A stretch of 64,000 nucleotides of DNA from Antedon mediterranea (lineage: Eukaryota; Animalia; Echinodermata). The stretch lies in NCBI RefSeq assembly GCF_964355755.1, contig NC_092672.1, forward strand, positions 21,217,237 through 21,281,236, written 5' to 3'. Position numbers and translations under genes: made by a program. A model generated the notes under the pieces. That model searched no databases. It saw only the letters and a list, made by a program, of their open reading frames with translations, and was not told where the DNA came from. Shown piece after piece: positions 37,414 to 51,897 of this stretch (the first letter of the stretch is position 1; the number at the start of each line of letters is the position of its first letter).

Positions 37414-40400
37414 CCTGATAGATAATAACAGCAGGATAAAGAACAGATGACTAAATGTTAAAAATCTAAAGCAGAAAAACTGTACTGTTTTCAAATTAAC
37501 AATCTGTATATATATATAGTAAATCAGGTACCGTGTTAAAAATAAAACAATTTACATATATCATACTTAATTCAATAATTCATAGAATAAATACCAACGC
37601 AATTACTAAGTATTCGTTAAAACACTCTCATATTAATAAAAATATATTAATATTCACGATCGAATATTAAAACATCTCATTACTTATTCATTGGACTGAG
37701 ATCGCTACGCTTACAAAAACAACGAATTATGATTGGTAGATTAATTCATTAGCGCTATGTTTATAAGGAATCTTATTGGTTCATTGCCTGATGACGTCAC
37801 ATACCCTCTAAAATCACAGGATTTGAAAAAATAGACAGCGGATTGATGTTATGATTTTGTTCTTATACAAACATATAAAAAAAGCAGTAATCAAAGCTGA
37901 TTAAACTTGTAGATTTTATTCATTAAAATATACTATAATATCAGACTTCTCAATGAAGGTAAGCACATTATTTTTAATTTTTATTTATTTATTTATTTAT
38001 TACCATCTTTATATATTGAAGGAATACCCTTAAAAAATAATGCGGTTATTTAACTAAACGAAAAAACAAAAGGATAAAAAACTAATAAAATAATTAAATA
38101 ACTTTTAATATCTTTGAATATCTCAACAAGGACAACGAATTCTAATTTCATTAGCATTATGCTTATAAGGAATCTTATTGGTTCATTGCCGGATGACGTC
38201 ACATACCCGCTAAAATCACAGAATTACAAAAAATGACCTGTCCACGCCTCACATGTAAACTAATTCCATGGAAAGACAGCGAATTGATGTTATGATTCCT
38301 TATACAAACATAAAAAACAGTAATCAAAGCTGATTAAACTTGTGGATTTTATTCATTAAACTGTACATTAGACTTCTCAATGAAGGTAAGCACATTGTCT
38401 TTAATATTTAAATGTAAATATTTATTTAAACATCATGTAATACATGTATTACGTTTAAAAATTATACGTAAAACTATCACTCATTTACTAATTATTCATT
38501 AAAACACCCCTCATATTAATAAAAATATATTAATATTCATGAATATTAAAATATCTTATTACTTCTTCATTGGACTGAGATCGCTAAACAAATTAATTTA
38601 TTCATTTATTAAAAAATAATACCATTTTAATTATTAAATATTCATAAAACTACCCCCTAATTAATTATTCATAAATAGTACACTCATAATTAATATATTA
38701 ATATTCATTAATTAATTTATGAATTATTCATTGGACTGAACGGGGAACTATACTACTAAACATGTAACAAGTTCAGAGTGTATCCAACATTTAACATTAT
38801 GAAATATTTTAGACCACCGACAATGATGATCACCATTGCTTTGCAAAGTCTGCAGTTTCTGTAATTATTCATTCATATTTATCTCCATCATCCAACATTA
38901 TCAAACAAAACTGTTTTGAGGATAAGCATAGTTATTGTAAGGTTCAACTTTAATAATTTTTAAAAGTTTTACACACAACACAAATAAGTAAAGCTTTCCC
39001 AGTTTATTCATAGTATACATTTAACAATACATAATATTTATTTCTACTGATACTGTACAAGCAATGCTAAATACTACTAAAGCTTAATAATATACTACAT
39101 TTGGCCTCTTGGGGGCTACCACTCATATGACATCGCTGTATTAAAGGTCCAGTGTGTTGTCACAGGAGCGAGTAAATCAAATTGTTGTTATTAAGTATAT
39201 CGGAAGGATGTAAGTGACATCCGTTAGGTAAATTGTGGAATTTGGGGGAAAAATAATTCCCCAGAATTATACCAGCCAAATGAGCGAATAGCATGAGTAA
39301 CATATGAGTTAGCGCCTGTGTTGAAGTTAGGTGTTGGATGATGCCGGGGGATGGCTGGGTGGGAAGATTGAAAAGTTTGTACAACTATTAAACGGCTAAT
39401 TTAACAATGAAGTGTGCTATTATGTATCTTAGTAAACAACTAAAATACTCTGAATTCCCATTGGTTGCCAATTAGAAATTAGCCTATCCTACATTTTGTG
39501 GTTCCACTATTAGATATACCCGTTGGTCTGTAGAAATACATTGTCAATTACTGTGGTTGGAACTTTAATTACCTGTAGAAACAATATACCATTCATCCTA
39601 ACACTTCTGTAACTCTGAAATCTACCCACATTATATACCACATCCTTAGTTAAAAGAAAGTACTTGTGCTCTGTATAAACTATAATTTATTACTTTAAAT
39701 TTCCTTTAACATTTTCTAACATTAATGTTAAAAGATTACTTTTAAAAGAACTTATATAGACAAATTTCAAATTTCAGTATAAGCTATTTAACTATTTAAA
39801 AAATAAATATGCCAAGTTATATTTTAATCAATGGATGTAAATGACTTTGCATTATATAAATGTATTACAATTGTTTATAAACTCTTCATTTTTGTAGCAC
39901 AAATAATATTGACCTTGGTTTATCCTTGTTTCAGTTGGATGGTCCTACCTTCATTACATTCATTTTCACAGAGTAAATTAAAATTTATCTCCTTTAAAAT
40001 TAAATTCAATAAACTTTATCCCATAACAATTTTCCTATGAATAAATAGATGGAATTATTCTTAGTTTATTGATTTAATGCAAACCAATTTCATACACATT
40101 TACACATCCAGAAATATTCTGTTCATTTTACTACTATTATACAATTCATTTATTAGCTTTGTTATGGGTTTAACAAGCTAAATTCTGTCTGTCATATAAT
40201 ATAATAGTCAAAGGCAAAAAATGTCTTAATAGGCAAACAATTTCTATTAATCATACATCCTAATAATCTATCCATAATTGTTTCATAATCACATAATAAT
40301 TTTGATTTTTATTGTGCTACAATAAAGTTCAAATTACACAGTACAATCTCTATTCTTTTGTACATAAATGATAGAGACGCACTTTAAACAAAAATTGAAA

Positions 40401-40619
40401 AAATAAACGGTGTTGTAAAGAATATTATCAGATGACTATAATATAGATAATATAACGTTACGTTTCTGGTGTTTTTATGGTCAAATTTTTATTTTTGTTT
40501 TATTGTTTATTGTGGCTAGAACTACACTGTTTCCTTCGCTAGGCTGATCCTAATGCTAATCCTAATGCTCCTAATGTTGACATGATTATCATGGAACGAT
40601 AAGTTCCCCACCTTCAAAT

Positions 40620-41670
40620 GAATAACCTTATTTTTTTCTCATAAAACCAAATAAAGAAAGCACTAGATCAAGCATTTAGTAAAAATTGTATACCTGCATT
40701 TTCTTACGCACAACGCCTTTGCACCTACGCTTAGCACCTTCCAATATCATGTGCAATTACACTTGAGTTATTGTCTTCTTCTTCTAGACTGCAATCATGT
40801 TCCCATTTAATACTGAAATATGGAGATTCAATCCTGGAATAGCACCATTCACCATCACAACCAAATACAACTTAGCATTTGTTCAACATTATCGACTCCA
40901 TAACTCAATTAACCATTTAGTAGGTAGCCTAACCAATACGGTTCCTGCCACAATCATCCAGTTTATGGGCGCTTGGTCTGTGGCTGTAGCCATTCAGTTT
41001 TCCTTAGTCATTTGACTTAACCATTCCCAATTGGCAATTGGAAAGCATCTATACGCAACCAACACTGAGCTACTAAACCGAGGAATCTTAAAATTATCAA
41101 AAGTGAGTGGACCCCAAATGGCATTCCAAATAATAGAAAAAAATCTCATTCATAAAAATCTATCTCCCTGCTGAGCAGATTAGCCTCCCAATTGCGCTCT
41201 CTATGCACCCATTGGACGTCTCTGAATAATTTTTTTTCGCAAAGCTCTAAAGCCAACTGATTCAAGTCTTCATGCATGCTACCTTTCCTACAAATTGAAA
41301 CAACACCTCTGTTATCTGTAAATATTTTAATTTGTTTCTCTTTTAAGTTAGGAGCAAATGCTTGCAATGCCAATAACACACCTTTCAGTTCTCTACACGT
41401 ACAGCTTCTGACTGACTCATGCTGATTCCAGCCGAGACAAACTGCAAACGGTCATATACCTCGCTTCACAATTCACTCCACTAGCGTCAGTAAATGTAAT
41501 TGAATAATCAAAAAAATATTTTGCTTCCAAAAAAATATCTCCTCAATAACTAGACCCCCACTCGCTGTAGTAATAAAATGCCACAACTTGAGAACTAACA
41601 ACAAATCTCTGGACCTATAGTGAGGGAGACCCTGATTGACCTCTAATAAACCCAAACCAGCCATAGCCAG
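40620..41670 (-). pseudogene. DIRS/Ngaro-type tyrosine-recombinase retroelement remnant
   Basis: RNase H RELKGVLLAL..KIFTDN..QWVHRERNWEANLLSR; following WGPLTFD..IPRF (MT-like); ILEGAKRR..VRKK (YR N-terminus-like); possible continuation at ~44210-44400. Confidence 0.7.
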
Positions 41671-41715
41671 GTTACAACCGGACTTAGATCCTATATTGAT
41701 TTTTTGACGTTTTAA

Positions 41716-44205
41716 AGATGTATTGTCCCCCTGAAAAAAAAATTTTTTTTCAATATTTTTGTTGAATAGGCCATTTTAATTGCACATAAAAGTTATTCAC
41801 TTTGACCTCAATTTGGATTGAAAAAAATAATTTTTTACACGGGAAAATCGCAATTTAATGCAAAAATTAACCAACCGGAAGCTATTTGTCTGGAAGACAA
41901 ATGTGTTCCGGTTTAATTTAACCCTTGACCTGAGTTAGCTCATAAATATTCATATTGTATGGATACATCGTGTGGATGATGACGCTTTCCAAAACAACGA
42001 TAGCAATGCCATGCGTGCGAGAGAGTCGAGTAGTGATGCGAGACGAATCTTGAAGAAAACACGAAAACTATAGCTAGCAGAATGCTAAGTTAGAATTACA
42101 GTTGGTGACGTTGATGTTGAATCTTATTCATTTAGGTGAGTTTTTGTTTCGCTAACAGGAGAGGCCTAGCTAGGCCTAGGCCCGAATTTGCTGCTACTGT
42201 ACTACTAGTCTACTACTACTACTACTACTAGGCTAGGCCTAGTACTACTAGCACTGACAGTCTCGAGTAGCCTAACTGCTGCCTACTTCTGTCTCTAGAA
42301 GTAGAGTGTAGTAGGCCTAGGCAGTACACTGCTAGCTAGGGCTACAGTAGACCACCACCAGAAGGGATGTATTTTTGTTTTAATCATGATGAATTGGTTT
42401 AATTTTTAAAGATTTCAATTATCTATCCGGCAGTGAAAATTAAAAAAAAAAGAAAATCTAAATATTGTTTTGGATGTTTTACTGATGCAATATTTTAAAA
42501 ATATTTTCTGTATCAAATGCAATAGGTTCAAATTAACATTCCGCAAATAAACATTTTATGCAGATATTTTGACACAAATTTCTTTTTTTTTAGGTTGATT
42601 GATTGAACAATAAGACTCTTAAGAGCAAGTAGTGAGAAACATAAAATGTATCGTACAGTGGCAACATTCACAATTTATTGAAACGTTTCTTACTATTAAA
42701 ATGACACTTTGTAATGGATGTGAGCGATCTTAGAAGACTATAGCTGTCGTAATTACTGCCACAATCAACACATTGATAATTAGTAGAAAATTGACACAAA
42801 AAACAATACAGGAATTCAATAAGATATACTGTATATATATATTTTATTAACTCCTTTTGCACTGTAATATTTACAGTAAAATTATGAAGTGTAAGTAAAT
42901 TTGAAGAATTTATCCTGTGTACTGTTGTAGTAGTTTTTTTTTATTTATTGAATGTTATGTTTACAAAATAATATACTGTACATATAATACAAAAAAATTA
43001 TACAATATTTTACAAGCTGGACAAGAACATATTGGCCGAATGCAGCAGGAGAGTCAGAAATATTTTTCCTGCAATATCCAATCATATTCCAATACCGAGT
43101 CTATCATTGTTGTCTTTGGGTGACCTCTGTTCCAGTCTTCATCAGCTCAACGTCTTTAAAAAAAGTAAAAGCAAAGTATGAAAATCTGGAAAAAATAGAT
43201 CATGCATATTTAGTGCAAAATTGGGCTAGTGAAATTGCTTACTTTGACATAGTCAAATAAGTATACTACCTTCTATGGTAATTAAAACACATTACTTATA
43301 ATGTTATAACTTATAAAAATAGAAAATAAATATTTGACTTACTACAGTACAGAGAACATTTGTTTTATGTTGTAAAATGGCTAAGCTGGCTTTTCCCCTC
43401 TGTCTACTTGTACAGTGCTGCTGGAAGGTTCTCAATTTCAGGCTTGTAAGTTGTATTGCAACCATTTTCCCTGAAAAATGTTTGTTTTATTTTTATCATG
43501 AAAATTAGTTAAACAAGCTTCAACTGTAAATATATATGGTACAGCAAGCTGGCTGTATTTTCGGAATGTAGCTAAGATTGATGGCATATAGCCTAGGCCA
43601 GTCTATGAAGAGTACAATGTATAGGGCCTAGCTGGGCATCTTCTGCAGGGACCCGATTGTCACAGTCTGCTTGCTACTAGCCTAGTTATGCAGCAGCATG
43701 TATTAATTATTCTAGGCCTAGCCCTGAACTGAAAAAATCCCAGGCTAAGTTAATTAATTTACCTTCCTGTTATTATTGCGTTATATATATTATTATATTT
43801 AAAATAACCGTCTAGGCCTACATACCGACAAATTAACAGCTCAGCTTTACATATTTATACGATCAGCCATCCCAGGGAAACCCACAGTCGAGTCGCGTCG
43901 ATCTTCTCTGGTGGTGTTGTTGTACCATACAACGTGCATCGTCCATTGTTAGATCAGATCTCTGCTGTGTGGATGCTCATTAACATATCATGCATATGTA
44001 TGAGTTAGCTCTACCAGCCTAATTTCTGAGCCGATGAGTTCGAAAAAATGGTAAACTTATTTTGATTTTTTTATAAGCGAAATCAATATTTTTTTCGGAT
44101 TTTTTTTCGGTAGAAGTGAATAACTTTATGTTAACTACAAAACGGTCTATTCAAAATTTGATTTTTTTTGTCTTTATTTTTCATTTTTTGGGGGACAATA
44201 CATCT
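41716..44205. mobile_element. Kolobok-like non-autonomous element inserted in the DIRS remnant
   Basis: TIR AGATGTATTGTCCCCC / GGGGGACAATACATCT with TTAA on both sides (41712-41715, 44206-44209). Confidence 0.8.
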
Positions 44206-45869
44206 TTAACAATGTTAGAGACTTTAGTACATGCGGCATGGGAACCTCTCTTACCAACCATCGTCCAAAAATACTAGGATCCAATACATCACTAATAAGT
44301 TGAATACGATAAATGGTTGAATCAAGACTATTCCACTTATATTTGGGGTAAAACATTATTTTTTTGTTAAAAATAATTGCCAAACTCTGCAATCCTCCAA
44401 AAACATAGCAAACCTCATTTAACCAACCTCATTTAACCAACATAAAAGTGATTGAATCAGTAGTGCACAACTCACTTGGTTTGTCAATTTAAATATATTT
44501 TTTGTTTAACTAATTGTTTTGCCATAAAGCATTATTGTTTGGTTTAAAAAAATAAATGCTAAACCTTCACTCTTGGATTAAAGGGGACGTAATTACCAGC
44601 CCAAACAATGTTACAGTACTGTATAATTAAAACATTTTATTTTAATTTCTTTAGAATACATATTTAGATATTTAATTGATAAAAATTGTTGGCAGCCAAT
44701 AATCCAATTAAAAGACCAAGGAATGATACTTCACTTATTAATTTTCCCATCAAAAAAAATATAACAATTACTGTGTGTAAGTTTATATCTAATACAATTT
44801 GTTTTAGCCGTATTAATTAATAATTGGTTTGTAGTGAACCATTCACTAGCTTACTTAACTCTAAATTTAAAAAGTTCAACAAGACATCAATATTGTTATT
44901 AAAATAAAATAAAGTTGTACTGTATTATCTGCATAAAAAAGGTTGTCTGGAAGATTTACTAATTATTAATTTGAAATAATGATTTCGGTCTGTAAAATAG
45001 CTTTAAACCAATCTAAGAAAAATACCATAGCGAAACAACTTGAAAATATCATGGTTAACAACATCAACATGTTTTCATACATCTAGAAAAGTACTTCATA
45101 AAATTAATTGTTTTCAAATGCAGTATTAACAGAATTAGTGAGTTCAAGAAAAGTATGACAAGTATACAAGTATACATTTTTCATTATTTTTTGAAAAAAA
45201 TGGGTAAAATTAAGATTGGTATAAAACTATCCGTTTTTAAATACAGGATTTACTTTTAATATGATTAGGTACAGAACCCATCATGAATGATTAATTAATG
45301 GCATGAGATGGCTTATAATAATGGAGAAACCTTTTTAAGAATCATGCTCTGAACCTTTACTAGAATCCAAATTATTAATTATATTAAGCACTTCTGTTTC
45401 AGATATAAATGAGAGGCTATATGGGAGGTGGTAATTAAGAGATTAGATCTTTGGTATTTTTAGGAATATAGAATTACAGAGTTTTACAAATTTATGAAAA
45501 ATAATCACTAAATTCTGGCTAATTATGTTTGTATCATAAAAATATTCATCATTAATTTGTTAAACATGAGGTGTATTTCTACTTTCTTTACCAGGATTAA
45601 TTACAGAATGTATTACGTCTCATTTTTTATGTTACATTAAGTCTGATTGAATTTAGTTTCATGCATTTTTTCTTAGAAATTTTACAGTGCAGTAATAATG
45701 TTCATAGCATTTTATTAAATACATTATGTGTATGACAAAGATGGTGATTTGTTTAGAAGGATTTCTGAATCATAAACATTACACATTGTATATTGTACCT
45801 ACCTACTGTAAATCATTACCAACATAGTATGTGTAAAGATTACTATTTTTAATAATTTTCCTTCATTAA

Positions 45870-46450
45870 ATGCTTTTTCTGGATGTCGACAGCCGGCATA
45901 AAATGTTGTTGCCTTCATAGCCTTAGCTTTTCGAATCACAATGGATCTTTGCGGCCTATAAATGATAATGTGTCTTAGGCATAGATCTTCACCTCAATTT
46001 TTCTAGTTCAGTGTACATTTTCAATCGAAATATTATTTAAGCCAAGATCAGTTTTAAATATGTCCTTTACAAGGTGCATTTGATCTTTTCCTTGATGTCA
46101 CCAAATCATAGGTTGTAGCTTCTTAAATGCCTTTCAACTCGTAGCAAATTCAGCTTCCATGTAGCTATTGTATCCTGTTTAGATTTGATGTTTCACACAT
46201 TCATGTCAAACTATCCGTTGTAGCTTTAAATTTATCCTTAGTTTTACTTTGAAGTTCCATAACATTTCTGTTTAGCAATGCTTGTTAGCCTTGCTTTAGT
46301 GATGCTCTTTCCTTGTCAATCCTACAATTTATGTCAGCTGCTAAGCTACTCATTTCATCACTCAATGCATTCATTCAACATTTTTTTATTCATAGCTTGT
46401 TCAGTAGGCTCAGTTTTTATACCTATACTATGAATTCGTGTTTTTCTTGT
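45870..46450 (-). pseudogene. Probable LINE (L1-type) ORF1 remnant
   Basis: Minus-strand fragment ERHLRSYNL*FGDIKE following coiled-coil-like sequence resembles the L1 ORF1 RRM start; heavily decayed. Confidence 0.35.
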
Positions 46451-47830
46451 ATTCATAGTTCAAGATAAAGCACTATTAATTGGTTATGAATACTCCTAGG
46501 CTTATATTCTTAGTAAAATGTAATACTTGCAGAATGATCAACTGTTGGGAATTAAATATTATACAGAGCATTGTATGTCTTCACTCAGAGATGTCCATAG
46601 CCCTTTAATTTTACTGTAAATAAGAATTTGGGTTCTCTACACTAAGGTTATTCACATGACAGTATGTAATAGTGATATGTAAAAGGAATTTAATAATAAA
46701 TCATAATCATCAGAAATAGAACAATTTATTTAATTAATTCAAATTGTTCAATATAATTTAAAATATTTAATATTCCTGGAGTATTATCACAAATAGATAA
46801 TCATTTCAATTTGTAGTATTCAAAATACAGTAGGAGGGTTTGTTTATAATTTTATAATTGTATTACTTGATGGGTTGGCACCCAAACATTTTTAATTTTT
46901 TTTACTCCATCTTTGGTATTTAATTGCATTCTTTGAAAATTACCTTTTTTTCAATGAGCTTTCCTGAATCTTCGACTGTCTGGTGTTTTCAATTCTCCTT
47001 CTTTTTATTTGGATATATATTGTATTTTCATCTTCTTCCCAACTTTTTTATTATTTTTTTCAGGGAGCCTAGGCGTAAAGTTTTTCAACTTATATAGGTT
47101 TCCTTCTACACATACTATGTTTTTTATTGGTTATTATTAAGTGTTTATATAATTATTATTTTATGTATTTTTAATATATGTATGGAGAACATTTATTGAA
47201 TATTTATTGAAAATTGATTAAACAAATCAAATCAAATAAAACAAATCATAATATATTAATTTTGTGTATATGCTAAAAATGCCTTAGTAAACAACTCACA
47301 TGTTGTATACGAATACCATTGGGCTACTGGTTTAAATTTTGGTTTATATCTAGTAAGACTAATAATACAATTAATGTGCATTACTAGAGTAAGCTAAGCT
47401 AGTGTCATGTTTTGAAATTAAAATGACCATTTTGATTAACTGGCATTACATAAATGAAAGTGAAACTATTGTTTAATAGTGAGTACAGGTATTCTTTAAA
47501 CCAATAGAGTTAGCCTAGGCCTCTGGGCTTATAATACATAGCAGACAATATTTTTGTGAATAGAATAAATAAATAAAAATACTTTTGTTTTTTTCTAATT
47601 GGACATTTGGATTAATCATAAATACAACAGTTCTGACTACATTAGGTGTCCTATAAAATCATTTCATTTTTTTTTTCTGTGGCTTAGACATTTTTTCATT
47701 CATACTTCAAATTTTGTAAGAATTGTCAGGATATCATGTCATGCAACATGTAAATATTGCTGTTTTTGGACATGACATCATAACTCAGGTTTTCATAGCC
47801 ATACAGCAAAGACTCTCCTAATATTAACCA

Positions 47831-47860
47831 CTAGCATTATACCCGCCCCAGGGCGGGTTT
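47831..47860 (-). mobile_element. Helitron-like 3' end
   Basis: Hairpin ACCCGCCC-CA-GGGCGGGT next to terminal CTAG; 5' end not located. Confidence 0.45.
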
Positions 47861-48701
47861 CAAAATTAGTTTAAAGCCTTCTCAACACCCGACGCCAGTA
47901 TCTGTCTATATACTCACCAATCTCCACCCTTCTTCAATATCACGTCCCCATACTCTTTTTTAAAAACAAATTCTTCCCAGTGATGGACAAATTCAATTCA
48001 ACGTAAGCTTCAAATTGAGAGGAGTATACATAGCTATGATGGGTCTAATAATGGTTGAAGTACGTTGTAAATTGTGTAAATGAATAGGTGTCATATTGGC
48101 TGATAATTAAAATATGTAATTTAGATACTGCGGGGCCCCAGCCTTCTTTCTCCTCTCACCACCCCAGCCACAATCAACAAACCTTAACTCCTCCCCTAGA
48201 CAGTTCAAATATAGTAACTTTTCCTAGTACAATTCCAAGCATATAGGCTACTTCATCATAGAGGGCGACATTTAAGTTTATCTAAATTGTGTGCACAATA
48301 AAAAGAAGTTTGCTATTCATTTTGTATAACAAACACATGGAATATTTTAAAACACATTTTGTTTTTATTGTTCACTAATCATTGTATACTTTATTGTTTT
48401 ATAGCATTGCTATGTTTTAATATTGTTGGTGTTCCACTTTAGTGCTTTTTGACAATTAGGCTTAAATATAGTTGTTACTGTGTGCAAAACAATATCAGTT
48501 TTTTGTGGCAACAGTGTACAGTTATATGCTCTAATTTAAAATATAATCTTTAATGTGTATTATTATCAATACATAATGATATACATTATGTTTTTTCACG
48601 CTATGGTCATAAATTTCCATTTGAAATACTTTATAAAACATTTACAATAGTGCCTTGACCATTATTTAATTAATATTATTTTTTTAAACAGTATTTAATC
48701 A

Positions 48702-48986
48702 AAAGGTGTATTGTCCCAAAATCATGAAAAATGAAGATTAATTAAATCAGATTTTGAATATGTTGTTTTGTAGGGTTTTAATAAAGTAACTGTAATCACT
48801 TCCGTAGAAAAAAAAAATTTTTTCATGGTTAAATTCAACCAAAAACCCATTGGCTGGCAGCCAATTTGAACATTTTTTCATTAAAATATTTAATTTTTTT
48901 TGGATCAAATTTTTGGTCTAAATGGCACTTTCAACAAAATTGTTTTTAAGAATAATTTTTTTTTTCAGGGGGACATTGCATTTTTA
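48702..48986. mobile_element. Short degenerate MITE related to the 41716 element
   Basis: AGGTGTATTGTCCC ... GGGGGACATTGCATTTTTAA ends. Confidence 0.45.
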
Positions 48987-50008
48987 ACAAAAACACTTAA
49001 AATTTCACAAACCTTCAATTGTTCTTAAATATGATTTTGTATTTTAAAAGTGCAATTTTCACAAATTTGTTTTTTAGACAAGTCACTTAAAAATGCCCTC
49101 ATGATCCCTGTGTATTATAATGATCAAAGATGCTAGTTGTACTGAATATTTTAGTAATGACATGTTTTATTCATCATTTTTAGTAATGCATTTTGCCATA
49201 CTCTCTTTTATTGTCAACACACTACCAACTCCGTCCACCACCTCCTCATCATTAAATAGTGAAGAGCAATGACATTAAAGGATGTAATATAGACCCATAT
49301 TAGACCCATTTTTAGTTTGTGCTTATTTTTTTCCATAATACAATACAAGGGCCTATACATTTTATATTACACAGTGCCCTCACTCATCATTTATTTCTTT
49401 TTTTGTTCACACTTTTAGTACCAGTGTACTGTTCAATAAAGGCCAACAAATCTGTAAAAAATTTAACTAAATTTAATTTTTTAGACCTTTTTTACGAAAC
49501 ACATTTTAATTGAAATAGCATTTAAAATAAAAGAAAAACAATTACCAGCATTAAACTAGAAGATGGTTTCATTTCATTATTCGGTCTATTTCAGTATATG
49601 CATAAAAAAAACCTGAAGTTGGGGAGACCAGGGTCAACCTACAGTAATTAGTGAACTTAATCACTGAGCTATACGGTATATATATGTATATATATATCTG
49701 TCAACGATTTTAACTTTTATATGAATTTTATATAATCATTGTAAATCTTTAAGCCTTTAATATTTTTTATGTCATTTGAATATTTTATATTTTATGTATT
49801 GTACTGTATGTTTGTTTTATCGAGGGCCCTGAATGATCAGTTCTATTAGGAACTGGATAGGCTACCCTCTGTAAATATGGTAATAAATAAATAAATAAAA
49901 ATAAATATTTGTTGTCTTATACCCCTTCATTACGTGTACAGACCCATTAGAGAATGTGTTCATTTTTACCCGAAGTTTTTCAAAACTTCGGGTAAATGTC
50001 ACTTAACC

Positions 50009-51628
50009 CAAAGATAGTGTAGTAGGAAGATGTTACACTTCCTATTCGTTCAATGCAAATAAAAGCGAGACAACATGGAGCTAAATTTAAAGGGCGCCTC
50101 GCACGTCGAGTAGGGATACGGAAAGTTATTGTATAGGAAATAGGCTATTATAACAGTAGAATAATATGATTGTAAAATTAAGATTTAATACGAATTAACA
50201 TTTAAAATGTAATGTTATCTTTATAGAAAGTGCAAATGAATCATATTTATATGTTTTGGAATACAAATTTGTGTTTCAATTACCTGGAATTGTTTAGGTA
50301 CCTGGAATTTATCTACCCGTATTTTATTTCTTTTATTTTAATGTTTTTATTTGCAAATCAATTGAACTTTTTAAAATTATTTACATTTAATTGTTTATCA
50401 TTGGACATAGATAGAAAATTTAATACCTAGCTTTAGAAACACTTCTTCATCAGAGTGAATAAATATATTAGGAGCCTATAGTGGTAAATAGGCCTACAAT
50501 GTGTATGCCTATATAATAATCCATTACGTGGTTTATTTCTAAGGGTAATAAAAGAGAATATGTAGTATGGCATGTAATCAATAATCAATCAATCAATCAA
50601 TCAATATTTATTATAATCAATAATATTATACAAATAGTCGATCTGCATAAACTGAATACGGTACCAGTAGGCTTGCACATTATAGGAATTTAGGACTACG
50701 AGTATGTTTTTTTACTGAAAAAAAAAAACAATTATTGTTAATTATCTATTAATTTTAATAATTTAATAATACTGTAACTAATTATTATATTATGCTTGTA
50801 ACACTCCGAACTTTCGTGCATTCATCGTAATTGTATATGCCCTGATTAGCGCCTAACATTATTGATAATATTAGTTATAAGCCAGTGAGTTCATTATTGG
50901 TAAGGTTATATCAAGGAAAAAATATCCGCGGGGAGGCCTACTTTACCCCCTTTCATTATACTACCCTTACAAAAAATGTTCTATCTATAGAAGTTTTAGA
51001 ATTCTATGTTAATCTATAGAAACAGATAATTTCTATAGAAACGAATTTACAGATTCTACCCCTAGAGTTTTATAGAAATTGCAGAAGAATTGCTATAATT
51101 TATTCATAAATCATATATTGTTTGTCAACAACAATACTGTATACTGTAAAATTAGCATTATGACTTCAGACTTAACTGGGGTTTACCAAGATAGGTAAGC
51201 GAGTTTTTATGGGTACGGGTTGGTTTGGGTACGGGTTGGTTTGGGTACGAGATGACCACCATCCATTCATGAATGCGTCTACAGGCGCGCGTAAGCCTCC
51301 TCCTGATCCTAGCTCAGTGTTTACAGTCATGTCATGACAAAACTCACTCCAAATAAATGTATTAACAATTAAAAAGATCCAAAAACAGTATGAAAACATC
51401 ATATTAATTTTTAACTTTGTATAATAAAGACAAAAAAGAAGTTTTTGTTTGTTTTTTGTGGCTTATTTTTACAATTTATTGCCGAAAACACCATTTTCAT
51501 TGGGCTTTGCCATTGCGCTCCTCATGTTTCAGATTCGTCTATCCCTACTCGTCGTGAGAGGCGCCCTGTCTCGAGCGGTTCTCTAATTTTTGAGCGAAGT
51601 GTAACATCTTCCTACTACACTATCTTTG
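50009..51628. mobile_element. P-element-like non-autonomous DNA transposon
   Basis: 32-bp perfect TIR CAAAGATAGTGTAGTAGGAAGATGTTACACTT; 7-bp TSD CTTAACC (50002-50008, 51629-51635). Confidence 0.8.
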
Positions 51629-51897
51629 CTTAACCTCCTACTGTGACATGTGTTTATATAAGTCCAACTTTGATAGGCAGGTCGTTAAACCTTTTGATCA
51701 TTGCCGACTTCTGCTAGTTTTTGCCTGACCATTGACCTTGCAACATACTGAAGAATGTACCTTGTCCTAATAAATCAATTACAAGAGAGCTAATAATATC
51801 ACAGGGATATAGGATTCAAGTCATTAATCACCTGCTTAGTTGATATATCTGATAAGGATTTTGACCAAAAAGTTCTAATGGGGATGTACACCTAATG

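Larger units (their letters stand above)
26112..38757. mobile_element. Giant palindromic Polinton/Maverick-derived element (arms 26112-32419 and 32450-38757, 30-bp spacer)
   Basis: Termini AGTAGTATAGTTCCCCG / CGGGGAACTATACTACT; 6-bp TSD AAACAT (26106-26111, 38758-38763); all mirrored ORF coordinates sum to 64869; contains integrase, pPolB and ATPase remnants. Confidence 0.92.

Noticed and set aside
26112-38757. Palindrome as a fold-back sequencing artefact
   Set aside because: Unique, colinear flanks on both sides, a 6-bp TSD, transposon-type termini exactly at the symmetry limits, arm mismatches and a non-palindromic spacer all argue it is real; raw-read confirmation is still needed
49820-49900. 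Stem-loop plus (TAAA)n, with a similar one at ~1715-1770, as a novel ncRNA
   Set aside because: Resembles ordinary CR1/L2 LINE 3' ends
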